The notes beneath the pieces are model-generated. The model had not been told where the DNA came from. It saw nothing but the letters and a program-made list of their open reading frames with translations, and ran no database searches. 64,000 nt of DNA from Candidatus Anderseniibacteriota bacterium (GTDB lineage: Bacteria; Patescibacteriota; Andersenbacteria; UBA10190), in assembly GCA_040900375.1 (NCBI GenBank), contig JBBDZC010000003.1, positions 586 to 64,585 on the forward strand, written 5' to 3'. Position numbers and translations under genes: made by a program. This document shows positions 16,649 through 26,897 of this stretch, one piece after another; positions within the stretch are counted from its first letter, which is position 1; each line of letters opens with the position of its first letter.

Positions 16649-17773
16649 CTAGGTTTCTCGGGCGTACTTGGAAATATTCAACAGAATACCTGAAGCAAAT
16701 AACATGCTGACCAAGGAAGTGCCGCCATAACTTATAAAGGGCAAAGGAATGCCTGTGAGTGGCGTCACCGCTAAAATTGAACCAATATTAATAAATACCT
16801 GAATACTGATCCAAGAAGTAATGCCGCATGCCAGCAGTCGGCCAAAGAGATCAGGTGCCCGATGCGCAATTATATAACCCCGATAAGCAATCACTAAAAA
16901 GACAGCAATAATGAACAAAGAACGAATGAGACCGAGCTCCTCGGCAATGATCGCAAAAATTGAATCGCCTGCCGGCTCCGGCAGATAATGGTATTTTTGC
17001 CGGCTCCGGCCAAAGCCCAATCCCCACATTCCCCCAGTGCCTACAGCCAGCAGGGCCTGGTTAATCTGGTAACCAATGCCTTGCGGATCTAATTCGGGAT
17101 GAAGGTACACCAAAATGCGGGACAAGCGATATGAAGCAGTGTTAAAAAGCAAGATGAACAACGCCACAGCGGCCCCAGCAATCAATGTTAGATGCGTAAT
17201 TTTAAAACCAGCAATAAAGACCATGGCCCCGGCAATCGCCACAATACTAAAGAGAGTGCCAATGTCTGGTTGCATCACAATCAATCCAGTAATAATGCCC
17301 GTGATAATCAGAAAAGGCACAACACTCTTTCTGAAGTCATGAATATCCTCTTTTTTACGCTCAAGTAAAGCGGCCAAGTAAACAATAAAGGCTAGCTTAG
17401 TAATTTCTGTCGGTTGGATAGTTATAGGACCAAGGCTAATCCAGCGCGCGGCGCCTCCATATGCAAATTGCAGTCCCGGGATAAAGACCATCACCAAGAG
17501 GATGAGCGACAAAAGGAGTCCTGGCAAAGCCAGGAGGCGCCACTTCCTATAGGGAACATAAAAACCAAAAAGAAAGGCCACTAAACCCGAGGAACCGCCA
17601 AAAAAGAGTTGATGCTTTAAAAAAGCATAAATATCCCCACGAAAACGCTCAGCGATAACAGAGGAGGCAGACGTGATCATCATCATGCCGAAAAGCGTAA
17701 GGCCAATAATACAGAGCAATAAAAGAGTATCAGCAGACTGGCGTGAGGAGCTAGCCATAGTAAAATCCATCAT
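16649..17773 (-). CDS. ftsW: SEDS family peptidoglycan glycosyltransferase FtsW/RodA
   Basis: 374 aa, 10-TM SEDS-type protein in the conserved murD-ftsW-murG position. Confidence 0.85.
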   Translation of the reverse strand: MMDFTMASSSRQSADTLLLLCIIGLTLFGMMMITSASSVIAERFRGDIYAFLKHQLFFGGSSGLVAFLFGFYVPYRKWRLLALPGLLLSLILLVMVFIPGLQFAYGGAARWISLGPITIQPTEITKLAFIVYLAALLERKKEDIHDFRKSVVPFLIITGIITGLIVMQPDIGTLFSIVAIAGAMVFIAGFKITHLTLIAGAAVALFILLFNTASYRLSRILVYLHPELDPQGIGYQINQALLAVGTGGMWGLGFGRSRQKYHYLPEPAGDSIFAIIAEELGLIRSLFIIAVFLVIAYRGYIIAHRAPDLFGRLLACGITSWISIQVFINIGSILAVTPLTGIPLPFISYGGTSLVSMLFASGILLNISKYARET

Positions 17774-17829
17774 ACGTGATTGTCTGGTCCCCGGTAAAGC
17801 GCCGGCGTGTCTGCCCAGGGCCCTACCGA

Positions 17830-19221
17830 CTAGAGCATAGCGACACTTGCCTTAAACTGGTCGCCCCGATCGAACTCATGTTGAAATAGACCAAAGCTGG
17901 TAGCCGCCGGAGAAAGCAGAACGACGTCGCCGGGTTCTGCGACCGCCTGTGCTTGGGTGACTGCCTCGGCCATAGTGTTGACGGTGAACACGGGAGGTGG
18001 ACTAGCAAATTCACCGACAATTTGTTCCCGGAGGCGGGGTGTGGCATCGCCGGGCAAGAAAATGAGGGCGCGGATCATCACCTGACTCTCAACGCGCGCC
18101 AATTCTTCAAATCGTAGCTTCTTATCGCTCCCGCCTAAAATATGAACAATATGTTTAGTACCCAGGGCGCGGGTTGCCGCAATCGTCGCGTCTGGCATGG
18201 TTGCCGCAGAATCATTGATATAGGTTACTCTGTCCACTACCCGTACCTTTTCTAATCGATGCGCTAGTCCTTGTAAATTACTAACATTGAGTTGAATAGA
18301 AGCAATAGGAATATTACTCATAAAGCCCAAAAGGATTGCTGGTAAAACATTCCGGCGCTCGTGATCACTGGTAAGTTTAAGACTATCCAAGGGAAAGAGG
18401 GTCCCGCCGCCCCGTTTAAGCAACACGGTTACCATGCCACGATCAACACAAATTCCTTCATCCGGTATCTTGTTAGTGAGGCTGTACCAATAGACCTGCC
18501 CCAAACCATTACCCGCCCATTGGCGGAGGCGCTCATCATCTGCGTTAAGCAGGACTCGATCTTCGCGTCGTTGGTAACGAATAATAATTTTCTTAGTCTT
18601 GATATAGTCTTCAAAAGAATCGTATGTATTAAGGTGGTCGCGATAAATAGATGTCACCACCGCGGTGCGCGGACTAATATTATGGTCAGCTAAGGCTTCT
18701 AAACGCCAGCTCGAGAGCTCAAAAACAACCAGTGAATCATGCCGGATGGAAGACAAGGAACCTAACGGAGAGTGACGGTCATCACCTACAGTAATAGTTG
18801 AGGGATACTTAATCTGCAGCAAATGAGCGATCGCATGCACGGTGGTGGATTTACCCTTTGAGCCGGTCACACCAATAATATTTTTAGTGGGGCAAAATTG
18901 AAAGAAGAGGCTACTATCCATCTCGATTGGTACATTTGCTTGGCGGGCTAGTTCGAGGTATTTGGATGTGCGGGGGACACCCGGATTGCGGATAATCAGA
19001 TCAGTCGAGACAAAGTCTTCTTCTCGGTGTTCTCCTAAAACATAGCGTACGTTACGAAAATGCTGTAAAGCAGTTAACGTTGAACGTAGTTCGGCGTCTG
19101 TTTTTAGATCCGTGACGGTAATCCGGGCCTTTCTTTCCACCAGCCAGGCAATGGTGCCAGCCGCTCCGCCATGGAGTCCAAGTCCCATCACTGTTACTTT
19201 TTTCCCTTCCAGGTCTAACAT
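17830..19221 (-). CDS. murD: UDP-N-acetylmuramoylalanine--D-glutamate ligase
   Basis: KVTVMGLGLHGGAAGTIAWLVERKARITVTD and the Mur ligase core GVTGSKGKSTTV. Confidence 0.9.
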   Translation of the reverse strand: MLDLEGKKVTVMGLGLHGGAAGTIAWLVERKARITVTDLKTDAELRSTLTALQHFRNVRYVLGEHREEDFVSTDLIIRNPGVPRTSKYLELARQANVPIEMDSSLFFQFCPTKNIIGVTGSKGKSTTVHAIAHLLQIKYPSTITVGDDRHSPLGSLSSIRHDSLVVFELSSWRLEALADHNISPRTAVVTSIYRDHLNTYDSFEDYIKTKKIIIRYQRREDRVLLNADDERLRQWAGNGLGQVYWYSLTNKIPDEGICVDRGMVTVLLKRGGGTLFPLDSLKLTSDHERRNVLPAILLGFMSNIPIASIQLNVSNLQGLAHRLEKVRVVDRVTYINDSAATMPDATIAATRALGTKHIVHILGGSDKKLRFEELARVESQVMIRALIFLPGDATPRLREQIVGEFASPPPVFTVNTMAEAVTQAQAVAEPGDVVLLSPAATSFGLFQHEFDRGDQFKASVAML

Positions 19222-19323
19222 AGAAATTCATCCTTATAAGTCCCTGGTGATAACAAGACCTCCTATGTCTTATACATACCTTACAACAAAGAAGTGCCGG
19301 GACGGAAACTGTTTATCTAGTTT

Positions 19324-19434
19324 GACTCTTCGACTCGCGCAAGCTCCACCCTTCAGGGTGGAGATACGCGCGGCTTTAGAGTCAACCCTTAAGCAAGCCA
19401 CGGCCTTTAGACCGTGGAGTCGAATGGGTTGACA
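19324..19434 (+). repeat. copy 2 of the ~109-bp multi-hairpin repeat, inside the murD-mraY spacer
   Basis: About 93% identical to copy 1. The differences fall at hairpin loops (TGAA to TTCA, CTCAG to CTTTAG, TGAG to TTAAG). Confidence 0.85.
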
Positions 19435-19500
19435 GGTGATTGCCTGCTGCCAAAATCCTGACCTTGAGTTTACTAAAGACGCTGTTTGCTCATACAAGAA

Positions 19501-20577
19501 CTAGGGTACTATTTCTCCTCGGCCAATCAGGCCAATGACCAACCCGACGCCGGCGCTTACGGCTGAAACAATCCAAAACCTCATTGTTACCTTTGTCTCT
19601 GGCCAACCCAAGGCCTCAAAATGATGGTGCAAGGGGGTAGATAAAAATATTTTGCGATTGAATAGTTTTTTAGAGACAGTTTGGATAATAACCGAAGCTG
19701 ATTCCAGCACTAACGGAAAGGCAATAACCGGTAAAACTAAAACAGAATTAGTTAACATTGCAATTACCCCCAACGTAGTGCCTAAACTCATGGCGCCCGT
19801 GTCACCCATAAAGAATCGCGCGGGATAAACATTAAACCACAAAAACGCCAATAAAGATCCACTAATAGCGGCACAGAACATTGCTAACTCAATCTTACCT
19901 ATAGCAAAAGCTAGAGCAGTATAGGCAGCAAAACAGAAAGCCACAATCCCGCCCGCTAAACCATCAAGTCCATCTGCTTCATTCACCGAAAAAGCCGTTG
20001 CCACAATCACGAGCATGAATAAAGGAATATACCACCAACCAATTTCTAGATCAGTGACGCCTGGAATATGAAGAATGCTCCACTCTAGTTTGAAGAAGAA
20101 CCACCACGCGCCAAAAGCCGCGACTACCGTATACAGAATTAATCGTTGCCTCATCTGTAATCCTCCGCCCTGCGGCCCAATTTTATGGACATTAAAGTAA
20201 TCATCAATCAGACCCACAAGCGCCGATGCCACCAAGGCCCCGAGCGGGAGGAGAGTTTGCTTGCGTGTCAAGAAATTGAGCGATTCAATCAATGGGACAT
20301 TCAACACTAAAGCCAGCAGAGAAAATAAAAGAGCCAGAAATAAAACAGTCCCCCAGATGATAATGCCACCACCTACGGGCGTGCCTGCTTTACGAGCATG
20401 GAGCGTGGAGTAAATTGGTGTATCGCCATCGTTTCGAATGCTTTTACCGAAACGATACTTATAGAGGTAATGAGTCAGAAACGGTGTTAAAGCCACCGCT
20501 GTCAGGAAAGTAATGGTGGCGATACTAATAACTCGGGTGACATTGAGCACTAAAAGAGGGTCGGAAAACCTGATCAT
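19501..20577 (-). CDS. mraY: phospho-N-acetylmuramoyl-pentapeptide transferase
   Basis: GLIDDYFNVHKIGPQGGGLQMRQRL shows the MraY family DDxxN / aspartate-rich motifs. Confidence 0.9.
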   Translation of the reverse strand: MIRFSDPLLVLNVTRVISIATITFLTAVALTPFLTHYLYKYRFGKSIRNDGDTPIYSTLHARKAGTPVGGGIIIWGTVLFLALLFSLLALVLNVPLIESLNFLTRKQTLLPLGALVASALVGLIDDYFNVHKIGPQGGGLQMRQRLILYTVVAAFGAWWFFFKLEWSILHIPGVTDLEIGWWYIPLFMLVIVATAFSVNEADGLDGLAGGIVAFCFAAYTALAFAIGKIELAMFCAAISGSLLAFLWFNVYPARFFMGDTGAMSLGTTLGVIAMLTNSVLVLPVIAFPLVLESASVIIQTVSKKLFNRKIFLSTPLHHHFEALGWPETKVTMRFWIVSAVSAGVGLVIGLIGRGEIVP

Positions 20578-20648
20578 AGTCGATAAGTGATAGTTTGTTC
20601 ATCTAGCATACGGCAAAAAAATGTTGCTTTACAGAGTACTCTTTGACT

Positions 20649-21590
20649 TCAGAGCCAGGCATAGTTGCGCCAAATCCATTCCACCAGCGTCTTCATGTCT
20701 TGAAACCGTGCTTCACTACCCAGGATAACTGCCCCAATTCTCTGACCTTCGGGACCAGATGTAAACAGCGCTAGATTTTCCCCAGCTTCAACAGTATAGC
20801 CCGTTTTAGCAGCAATAATCGGTAAATAAGTACCGAGCAGTTGATTAGTAGTCTTATAGGTACGCCGCCCCCCTTCTTGGGTCGCTAGTTGCCCTTGCTT
20901 TTGGGAGAGCAAGGGCTGCAAAAGTGGATCGGCAAAAACCAAAGTAAGTAGTCGCCGAATATCTTGCGCCGTAGAATATTGTTCACCACCAGAAAGACCA
21001 GTAGCATTAGCTAATTTTGTATTGAGAAGTCCTTGGGCAAGCGCGTACTGGTTAGCATAATGAACAAAATTTTCTTCCGAGCCAAAACCCGCTACCGCTA
21101 AGCTCACCATCGCATCATTCGCTGAAGCAATTAACCCCGCCGCCAATAACTCTTGCACACTGGCATGTTCACCCGGCAGGAGACGAATATGTGCCCCTGA
21201 ACGCTGGATCGCTTGCGCCTCGGGAGGAATAAGAATCATTGATTCAGCCGATAGCTGGTCGCGGATCACCAAAACCGAGAGTAGCTTACTTAAAGAAGCC
21301 ACCGGTCGCCTGGTATCTACCTCCTTAGCATAAAGTTCTTTACCGGTCGCCACATCCCAAACCAAAGCTGCCTCCGCCGATAACACCACATCTACTGCCT
21401 CCCCTTCCCGAACTGGCTCATGTAAGCTCCTGTCCGGACCTGTTTCCTCATTTGCCCTAACTACACCTTGCTTATCTATCCCCGCTATCCGGGGCACAGG
21501 GGGGGCCATCAGTAATTCCCGACAAGAAAGGGCTGGGTATTGGGTTATAGCGCAGCTAATAGCCAGGAGAGTGATCTCAATAAATGTCAT
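20649..21590 (-). CDS. D-alanyl-D-alanine carboxypeptidase (peptidase S11, PBP5-like)
   Basis: The SxxK (SLSK), SxN (SAN) and KTG (AKTGYT) motifs are present in the correct order. Confidence 0.8.
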   Translation of the reverse strand: MTFIEITLLAISCAITQYPALSCRELLMAPPVPRIAGIDKQGVVRANEETGPDRSLHEPVREGEAVDVVLSAEAALVWDVATGKELYAKEVDTRRPVASLSKLLSVLVIRDQLSAESMILIPPEAQAIQRSGAHIRLLPGEHASVQELLAAGLIASANDAMVSLAVAGFGSEENFVHYANQYALAQGLLNTKLANATGLSGGEQYSTAQDIRRLLTLVFADPLLQPLLSQKQGQLATQEGGRRTYKTTNQLLGTYLPIIAAKTGYTVEAGENLALFTSGPEGQRIGAVILGSEARFQDMKTLVEWIWRNYAWL

Positions 21591-21660
21591 GTCCTATGAT
21601 AATTAGTTGACTGGTGGTGAGGCTAGTAATTGGGTAATTTTATCGTGACTTTGCCGCGAG

Positions 21661-22494
21661 TCAAAATGCCTGCCGTGAGGTACCTGATAGTTGGGCACTA
21701 TGCGGCAACGGCGCACCGCGGTATTTCCAGAAATACTTAAATGCTGAGCGAATATGTTCGCGCGTGGCCCAGTTAGTGATAATACCCATAAGTGTGCCCT
21801 GACTCGTGCGCTGATGAAAATGGGAAAAACGAGCTTGCGGTACATAAGTTACGCGCCATCCGCCTTGCCAGAAGCGGCGACACCAATCCACATCCTCAAA
21901 GTAAAGAAAGAAACGTTCATCCATGCCACCTATTACTTTAACCGCGGCTGCCCGCAGCGCCAGACAAGATCCCATGAGCCAGTCTACGTCTTGCACTTGT
22001 CGGTGATCAAAGTCTTTCATCAGAAAATGATTAATTTCTTTCTTGCCTAAACGAGTTTGCCCTAGCCACGTGCGCCGGTAAAGAATGGTGAGGAGTTTAT
22101 AAAAATGGTAACAAGAGTATTGCACTTTGCCACTCGGCGAGAGTAACTGTCCCCCTGCCACCCCCACATCCGGATGCGCCTGAAGAAACTGTGTGAGAAT
22201 CATAACAGAACCCGGTAGAGCAATAACATCGGGATTCAGCACTAAGTAGAACTGACCTTGGGCCTGGGCTAGCGCCTTATTAACTCCCGCCGCCAATCCC
22301 ATATTTTTAATATTATCAATCACCATAATTTCTGGGAAATCGGCACGGAGGAACGAGACGCTAGTGTCAGATGATCCATTATCAACCACGATAATTTCCG
22401 TGCGAGGAGGTAGTTTTTGTGTGAGCAATGACTCAATACAGGCTTGCGTGAGCGCTCCGGTATTATAGTTAACAATGATAATAGATAGCTTCAT
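21661..22494 (-). CDS. glycosyltransferase family 2
   Basis: MKLSIIIVNYNTGALTQACIESLL...VVDNGSSDTS...LNPD are classic GT2-A motifs. Confidence 0.8.
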   Translation of the reverse strand: MKLSIIIVNYNTGALTQACIESLLTQKLPPRTEIIVVDNGSSDTSVSFLRADFPEIMVIDNIKNMGLAAGVNKALAQAQGQFYLVLNPDVIALPGSVMILTQFLQAHPDVGVAGGQLLSPSGKVQYSCYHFYKLLTILYRRTWLGQTRLGKKEINHFLMKDFDHRQVQDVDWLMGSCLALRAAAVKVIGGMDERFFLYFEDVDWCRRFWQGGWRVTYVPQARFSHFHQRTSQGTLMGIITNWATREHIRSAFKYFWKYRGAPLPHSAQLSGTSRQAF

Positions 22495-22577
22495 GGGTAT
22501 TAGTTAGTTATACCAAGGACGCGGGCGTAAGTAGTAAAACCCCCCTAGCCTATACTCGTTTTGCTCGTGACACAAGC

Positions 22578-23588
22578 TTAGATTTGTTTGAGCACTCCCT
22601 CTCGGCGCTTTCTGTTCATCCGCGGTAAACCAGAAATTACTTCCGGCCATATCTTAAATAGAGAAGGATACAAGAGACTAAGCCCTAAAAAAACTAGACC
22701 ACGCCCGATGATCGCGGGGGAATATTGAAAGATCGTCATGGGGGTGGCATTTTTAGCAATCATCCAGATCCAGTTACGCAGACTGTACCGCGTGCGCGGA
22801 CTCTGAAGACGACGATAAATCAGACGAGGACGTGATCCCCAGTTAAATATTCCGCGCCGACCAAGGGTCCGAGCGTGATGACCAATCAAGACAGGAACAT
22901 AGTGCACTTTCCATCCTGCACGTTGCAGGCGCCAGCCCAAGTCAACATCTTCTTTATACGCGAAGAAGTCTCTGTCATAAAATTCATTACGACCATGTGC
23001 TACTTGTTTAAGCGCCTGCAAGCGATACAGACTGCAAGCGCCAGTTGTAGCAGTTATGGTTGCTCTTGTCGCAAACTGTCCTTTATCTTCCTCGAAGGCC
23101 CCGCGCTCTTTACCATTCAAAGCATAGGTTAAAACAATGCCGGCGGAATCAATCATGGACTTATTATTGATTATCTCCTGCCGCAGTAACTTACCCTGCA
23201 CGGCTCCTAAAGTGGGATCACCTTCCAAAGCTTGAATGAGCACTTGTACCCCTGGCCAGTGTAGGGTGACATCAGGGTCACACGTTAATACATACGGTGT
23301 GGTGCAGCGAATAAATCCTTCATTATGCCCCTGGGCAAATCCAAGATTACGCGGTAAGGCCACAACCTGGGCCCGGGGGAGAAGCTTGCGCACCGTAGCA
23401 ATTGAGTCATCAGTTGAGTGATTATCAATATATCTAATGATGACGTCCGCCAGCGGAACAACGTGTAAAGCGGGCAACGTCTGGGCCAAGACAGAAGAGC
23501 TGTTCCAGCCCACAATTTGAATAGTGAGTTGCGCTGTCATAGTGAAAGTATTGCTTACGTTATACCAGACTACCGTGTCAAGCTCCAT
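22578..23588 (-). CDS. glycosyltransferase family 2
   Basis: LTIQIVGWNSS...IDNHSTDDS...NLGFAQGHNEG...CDPD are GT2 motifs. The true start is possibly MTAQLTIQ at about 23540. Confidence 0.75.
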   Translation of the reverse strand: MELDTVVWYNVSNTFTMTAQLTIQIVGWNSSSVLAQTLPALHVVPLADVIIRYIDNHSTDDSIATVRKLLPRAQVVALPRNLGFAQGHNEGFIRCTTPYVLTCDPDVTLHWPGVQVLIQALEGDPTLGAVQGKLLRQEIINNKSMIDSAGIVLTYALNGKERGAFEEDKGQFATRATITATTGACSLYRLQALKQVAHGRNEFYDRDFFAYKEDVDLGWRLQRAGWKVHYVPVLIGHHARTLGRRGIFNWGSRPRLIYRRLQSPRTRYSLRNWIWMIAKNATPMTIFQYSPAIIGRGLVFLGLSLLYPSLFKIWPEVISGLPRMNRKRREGVLKQI

Positions 23589-23589
23589 C

Positions 23590-23725
23590 TTTAGAGCTTG
23601 GTGAATGAGGAGTTATTATACTCGGGTGACACCGGGGGGAGGACCCGCCCTTAAGCAGCACCAAGCCTTGCGACTGCGGCCGCAGGGGCGGGGCAGCCGC
23701 TCGATATTTATATTCGCCAAAATCT
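23590..23725. repeat. second copy (degenerate ends) of the ~180-bp TIR element seen at 11344-11525
   Basis: Shares AGAGCTTGGTGAAT.A.GA.TTATT.TACTCGGGTG at one end and CCGCTCGATA.T at the other, with a different GC-rich core. Confidence 0.5.
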
Positions 23726-23748
23726 CTAAAGCTAAGACAAGCGCCTAA

Positions 23749-23857
23749 GTCAACCCATTCGACTCCACGGTCTAAAGACCGTGGCTTGTTCAGGGTTGAC
23801 TCTAAAGCCGCGCTTATCTCCACCCTGAAGGGTGGAGCTTGCGCGAGTCGAAGAGTC
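23749..23857 (-). repeat. copy 3 (inverted orientation) of the ~109-bp multi-hairpin repeat
   Basis: The reverse complement matches copies 1 and 2 over the full length. Lies in the divergent GT2 / murF intergenic region. Confidence 0.85.
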
Positions 23858-23921
23858 AATGAAAGCCAGCAATGGCTGCGCGGCGCTTTTCGTGGATAAG
23901 GAAAAGATGTAGCCTTAGAGT

Positions 23922-25541
23922 ATGTCCTTCGCCATTTATTTGCCCTGTACGGTGGGCGCCATTCTTGTTTCTTTGCGGATCCTAGCGCAAATTGAGCTAT
24001 GGCAGCGCAAAGAATACCGCTGGGATCGATTACGCTCCCTGCTCTTTAGTGAGGAAAATCGTGTCTTGTTTCCATCCGGATTACTTGTCGGCATGATTCT
24101 TTTGGATATCGGCTGGCTGGCCTCAATCATGGGTCAAGACGCCGGCGCCAATATGTTAGGCTGGAGTAGTTTATTTTTGTTTCTCGGACAAGACATCGTA
24201 CGCATTCGCGCCCGCGGTCTCTATCGGCCCGAGTTTACCCTTAGGGCTCTCCTTATTCTTGGGTTAGCTGCGCTGTTGACCCTTCTCTACATTCTGACTG
24301 TCTTTATTCCTGAAACACAATTAGCCCTCCAGTGGGCCACGCTTGTAGTTTTTATGCCGGTGATCACTGCCAGCAGTGTCATCGGTGTTAATATTCCCGC
24401 TAAACTACGCCAGCGAAGTATTATTGCCCGCGCCGCTAGCTGGAGAGCTCGCCTAACAAAACTTACTGTCCTTGGCATCACCGGCAGTTTTGGTAAAACA
24501 TCTACCAAATATTTTCTCTCGCAATTGTTTAGTAATCGTTATGACGTTGCGACCACCACTGACCACCGTAATTCAGCCCTCGCTGTGGCTTATGACATGC
24601 TTGCTCAACTGACACCTAAAACTAAGATATATATTGCCGAAATGGGTGCCTATCGTCGCGGCGAGATCAAGGAACTAGCTGAACTTACTCGTCCCAAAAT
24701 TGGTCTAATTACCAACATTGGCAATCAACATGCTGCGCTCTTTGGTTCCTCAACCCAGATACTGCGCACCAAGTGGGAATTAATTGAGACTCTACCCGTC
24801 GGCGGTACTGCGGTTCTCAATGCCAATGATGAGCGGCAAGTTGAACAAGCCAAAGGTATCAGTCAAAAAATAATCTGGTTTTCCACTCGCCCCGAGAGAA
24901 AGGCTAATCTTTCCCAGCCGGTGACAGTTTTTGTTGACCAAGTAAAAATTGCTCCCCGCTCACTTGCCTGTATACTGCACCTTCATAAAATAAAAAAACC
25001 TATCACCGTTAACTTACTAAGTGATGCTATGCTGACAAGTTTAGTAGCCGCTGCCGCAGGCGCTCTCGCCCTTGGCCTGCCACCAAAAGAAATTTTTGCT
25101 CGCATTCCTACTCTGCATTCCTATGCTCGGACAATGGAACTAAGAAACAATAGATTTGGGGCCACGATTATTGATGACAGCTACTCGGCCAATGAGCCAG
25201 GCGCGCAGAATGCTATCGAGCACCTCGCTCGTTTTGCCGAAAATAAAAAGATTATCATCTTGGCGCCCCTAATCGAATTAGGTCCCGAGGCAGCGGCTGT
25301 CCATCACCGTCTGGGAGCTATCTTAGCCGCCAGTCGGGCGCAAGTGTATATTACGGCTAAAACTTATCTTAATTCTATTATTGAGGGTGGTCGCCAAGTA
25401 AATAAAGATTTTAAGCCCCACGTCTATAGTCAGCCCCGTTTATTAGCCCAGGTGTTACGGCAACGGGTTACGGCTGACTCGGTAGTTTTAATTGAAGGGA
25501 GAGTACCCGAGATTGTGCGCATGAGCGTGCTTAACCCCTAA
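23922..25541 (+). CDS. murF: MurF-like Mur ligase with N-terminal 4-TM membrane domain replacing the usual N-terminal domain
   Basis: P-loop LGITGSFGKTSTKYF and the MurF-type C-terminal IIDDSYSANEPGAQNA. The first ~170 aa are four predicted TM helices, with only ~25 aa between the last TM and the P-loop. Confidence 0.7.
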   Translation: MSFAIYLPCTVGAILVSLRILAQIELWQRKEYRWDRLRSLLFSEENRVLFPSGLLVGMILLDIGWLASIMGQDAGANMLGWSSLFLFLGQDIVRIRARGLYRPEFTLRALLILGLAALLTLLYILTVFIPETQLALQWATLVVFMPVITASSVIGVNIPAKLRQRSIIARAASWRARLTKLTVLGITGSFGKTSTKYFLSQLFSNRYDVATTTDHRNSALAVAYDMLAQLTPKTKIYIAEMGAYRRGEIKELAELTRPKIGLITNIGNQHAALFGSSTQILRTKWELIETLPVGGTAVLNANDERQVEQAKGISQKIIWFSTRPERKANLSQPVTVFVDQVKIAPRSLACILHLHKIKKPITVNLLSDAMLTSLVAAAAGALALGLPPKEIFARIPTLHSYARTMELRNNRFGATIIDDSYSANEPGAQNAIEHLARFAENKKIIILAPLIELGPEAAAVHHRLGAILAASRAQVYITAKTYLNSIIEGGRQVNKDFKPHVYSQPRLLAQVLRQRVTADSVVLIEGRVPEIVRMSVLNP

Positions 25542-25649
25542 TGAACCAGGGACTTTACCCTTCTCGCCTCATTAGCATTGTCGGCAGCCAGAGCAGAGTA
25601 AATAAGACCCAAGCTTGCAAGTTGAGCCTAAACATGTATAAAGCGCTGT

Positions 25650-26897
25650 ATGCCTCGTCATGAAAATATGTCGCCTATTCTCACCGCTCTCTCGCCCAAT
25701 ACTGAATCAGATGACCGAGTCCGAGCCTGGCAAATACTACAGCGCCCTTGGCGCTGGCATGATGCAAACCAGGTAGCGTCAGTGGAAAAGAAAATATCAG
25801 CATTATTTAATCATCTACCAGCCGTCACCGTCAGCTCGGGACGCCGGGCAATGAGCTATGTCCTTGAAGCTTTCGATATTGGCCAAGGTGATGAAGTAAT
25901 AATCCAAGCCTTTACATGCCTAGCCGTACCGGCAGCCGTGATGTGGACAGGGGCTAAGCCAATATACGCCGATATTGAAGAAACAACTTTCAATTTCGAT
26001 GTAGTTGACATTAGTCGCAAGCTTACCCCTCGCACCAAAGCAATTATTATTCAGCACACGTTTGGTATTCCTGGTCCCCTGGCCACACTCCAAGTTCTCG
26101 CCGCCAAAAATAATATTATTCTAATTGAGGATTGTGCTCATGCTTTGGGCGCTACCTATAACACTGCCCCTGTAGGTACCCAAAGTGATGCTGCCATCTT
26201 AAGCTTCGGCCGCGATAAAGCTTTATCCTCCGTCTTTGGCGGAGCCGTCGTCAGCCGCCACCCACATATTATCGCCCGCATCCGCACTATCCAGACCGCC
26301 TTACCCTATCCGCCTGCTTGGTGGATAATTCAACAATTACTGCACCCTCTCTTCCTGGCAGTGATTAAGCCGCTATATTTCTCCGCCAGCATAGGAAAAA
26401 TTATTTTGGTAATCCTCCAGCGCTTAAGTATCCTTAGTCTGGCAGTTACCCGCTCCGAGAGAGTCGGCGCCCAACCCAATCATGCACGCTGGCGTTATTC
26501 ACCGGCCCTCGCTTATCTTCTCGCGCAACAACTCGATAAACTGGAACGCTTCACTGCTCATCGTCGTAAGATTGCGGCTACCTACGCGAGAGCCCTATCA
26601 TATTCCCCTTCGTTTCCGCCTGCAGCTCAACCAAGTTGGTTGCGCTTTCCCGTCGTCGTTACAGATCGGGCAGCCGCCGTCGCCGCCGCCCGGGCAGCCC
26701 ATATCATGTTAGGTGACTGGTATCAAGATGTTATCATGCCCACAGTTGAAAAGTCGCAAATCAATTATCATCCAGGTTCATGCCCACGCGCCGAAAGTAT
26801 CGCTACCAAAATTATTAATTTACCAACATATCCCGCCTTAACTACTAACCAAGCCGAATGGATTAGTAAAATTGTTGCTCCATATGTCCGACATTGA
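25650..26897 (+). CDS. DegT/DnrJ/EryC1/StrS family PLP-dependent sugar aminotransferase
   Basis: VTVSSGRRAMSYVLEAFDIGQGDEVIIQAFTCLAVPAAVMWTGAKPIYADIEETTFNFD and SFGRDKAL (PLP-lysine region). Confidence 0.8.
   Translation: MPRHENMSPILTALSPNTESDDRVRAWQILQRPWRWHDANQVASVEKKISALFNHLPAVTVSSGRRAMSYVLEAFDIGQGDEVIIQAFTCLAVPAAVMWTGAKPIYADIEETTFNFDVVDISRKLTPRTKAIIIQHTFGIPGPLATLQVLAAKNNIILIEDCAHALGATYNTAPVGTQSDAAILSFGRDKALSSVFGGAVVSRHPHIIARIRTIQTALPYPPAWWIIQQLLHPLFLAVIKPLYFSASIGKIILVILQRLSILSLAVTRSERVGAQPNHARWRYSPALAYLLAQQLDKLERFTAHRRKIAATYARALSYSPSFPPAAQPSWLRFPVVVTDRAAAVAAARAAHIMLGDWYQDVIMPTVEKSQINYHPGSCPRAESIATKIINLPTYPALTTNQAEWISKIVAPYVRH

Noticed and set aside
16313-16710. ORFs 16313-16693 (+) and 16528-16710 (+) in the murG-ftsW spacer
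   Set aside because: They are antisense to the operon and driven by the GC-rich palindromes. The PAASGG.FTG.NKL peptide similarity to the GT2 insert reflects the shared 42-nt element, not a real gene.
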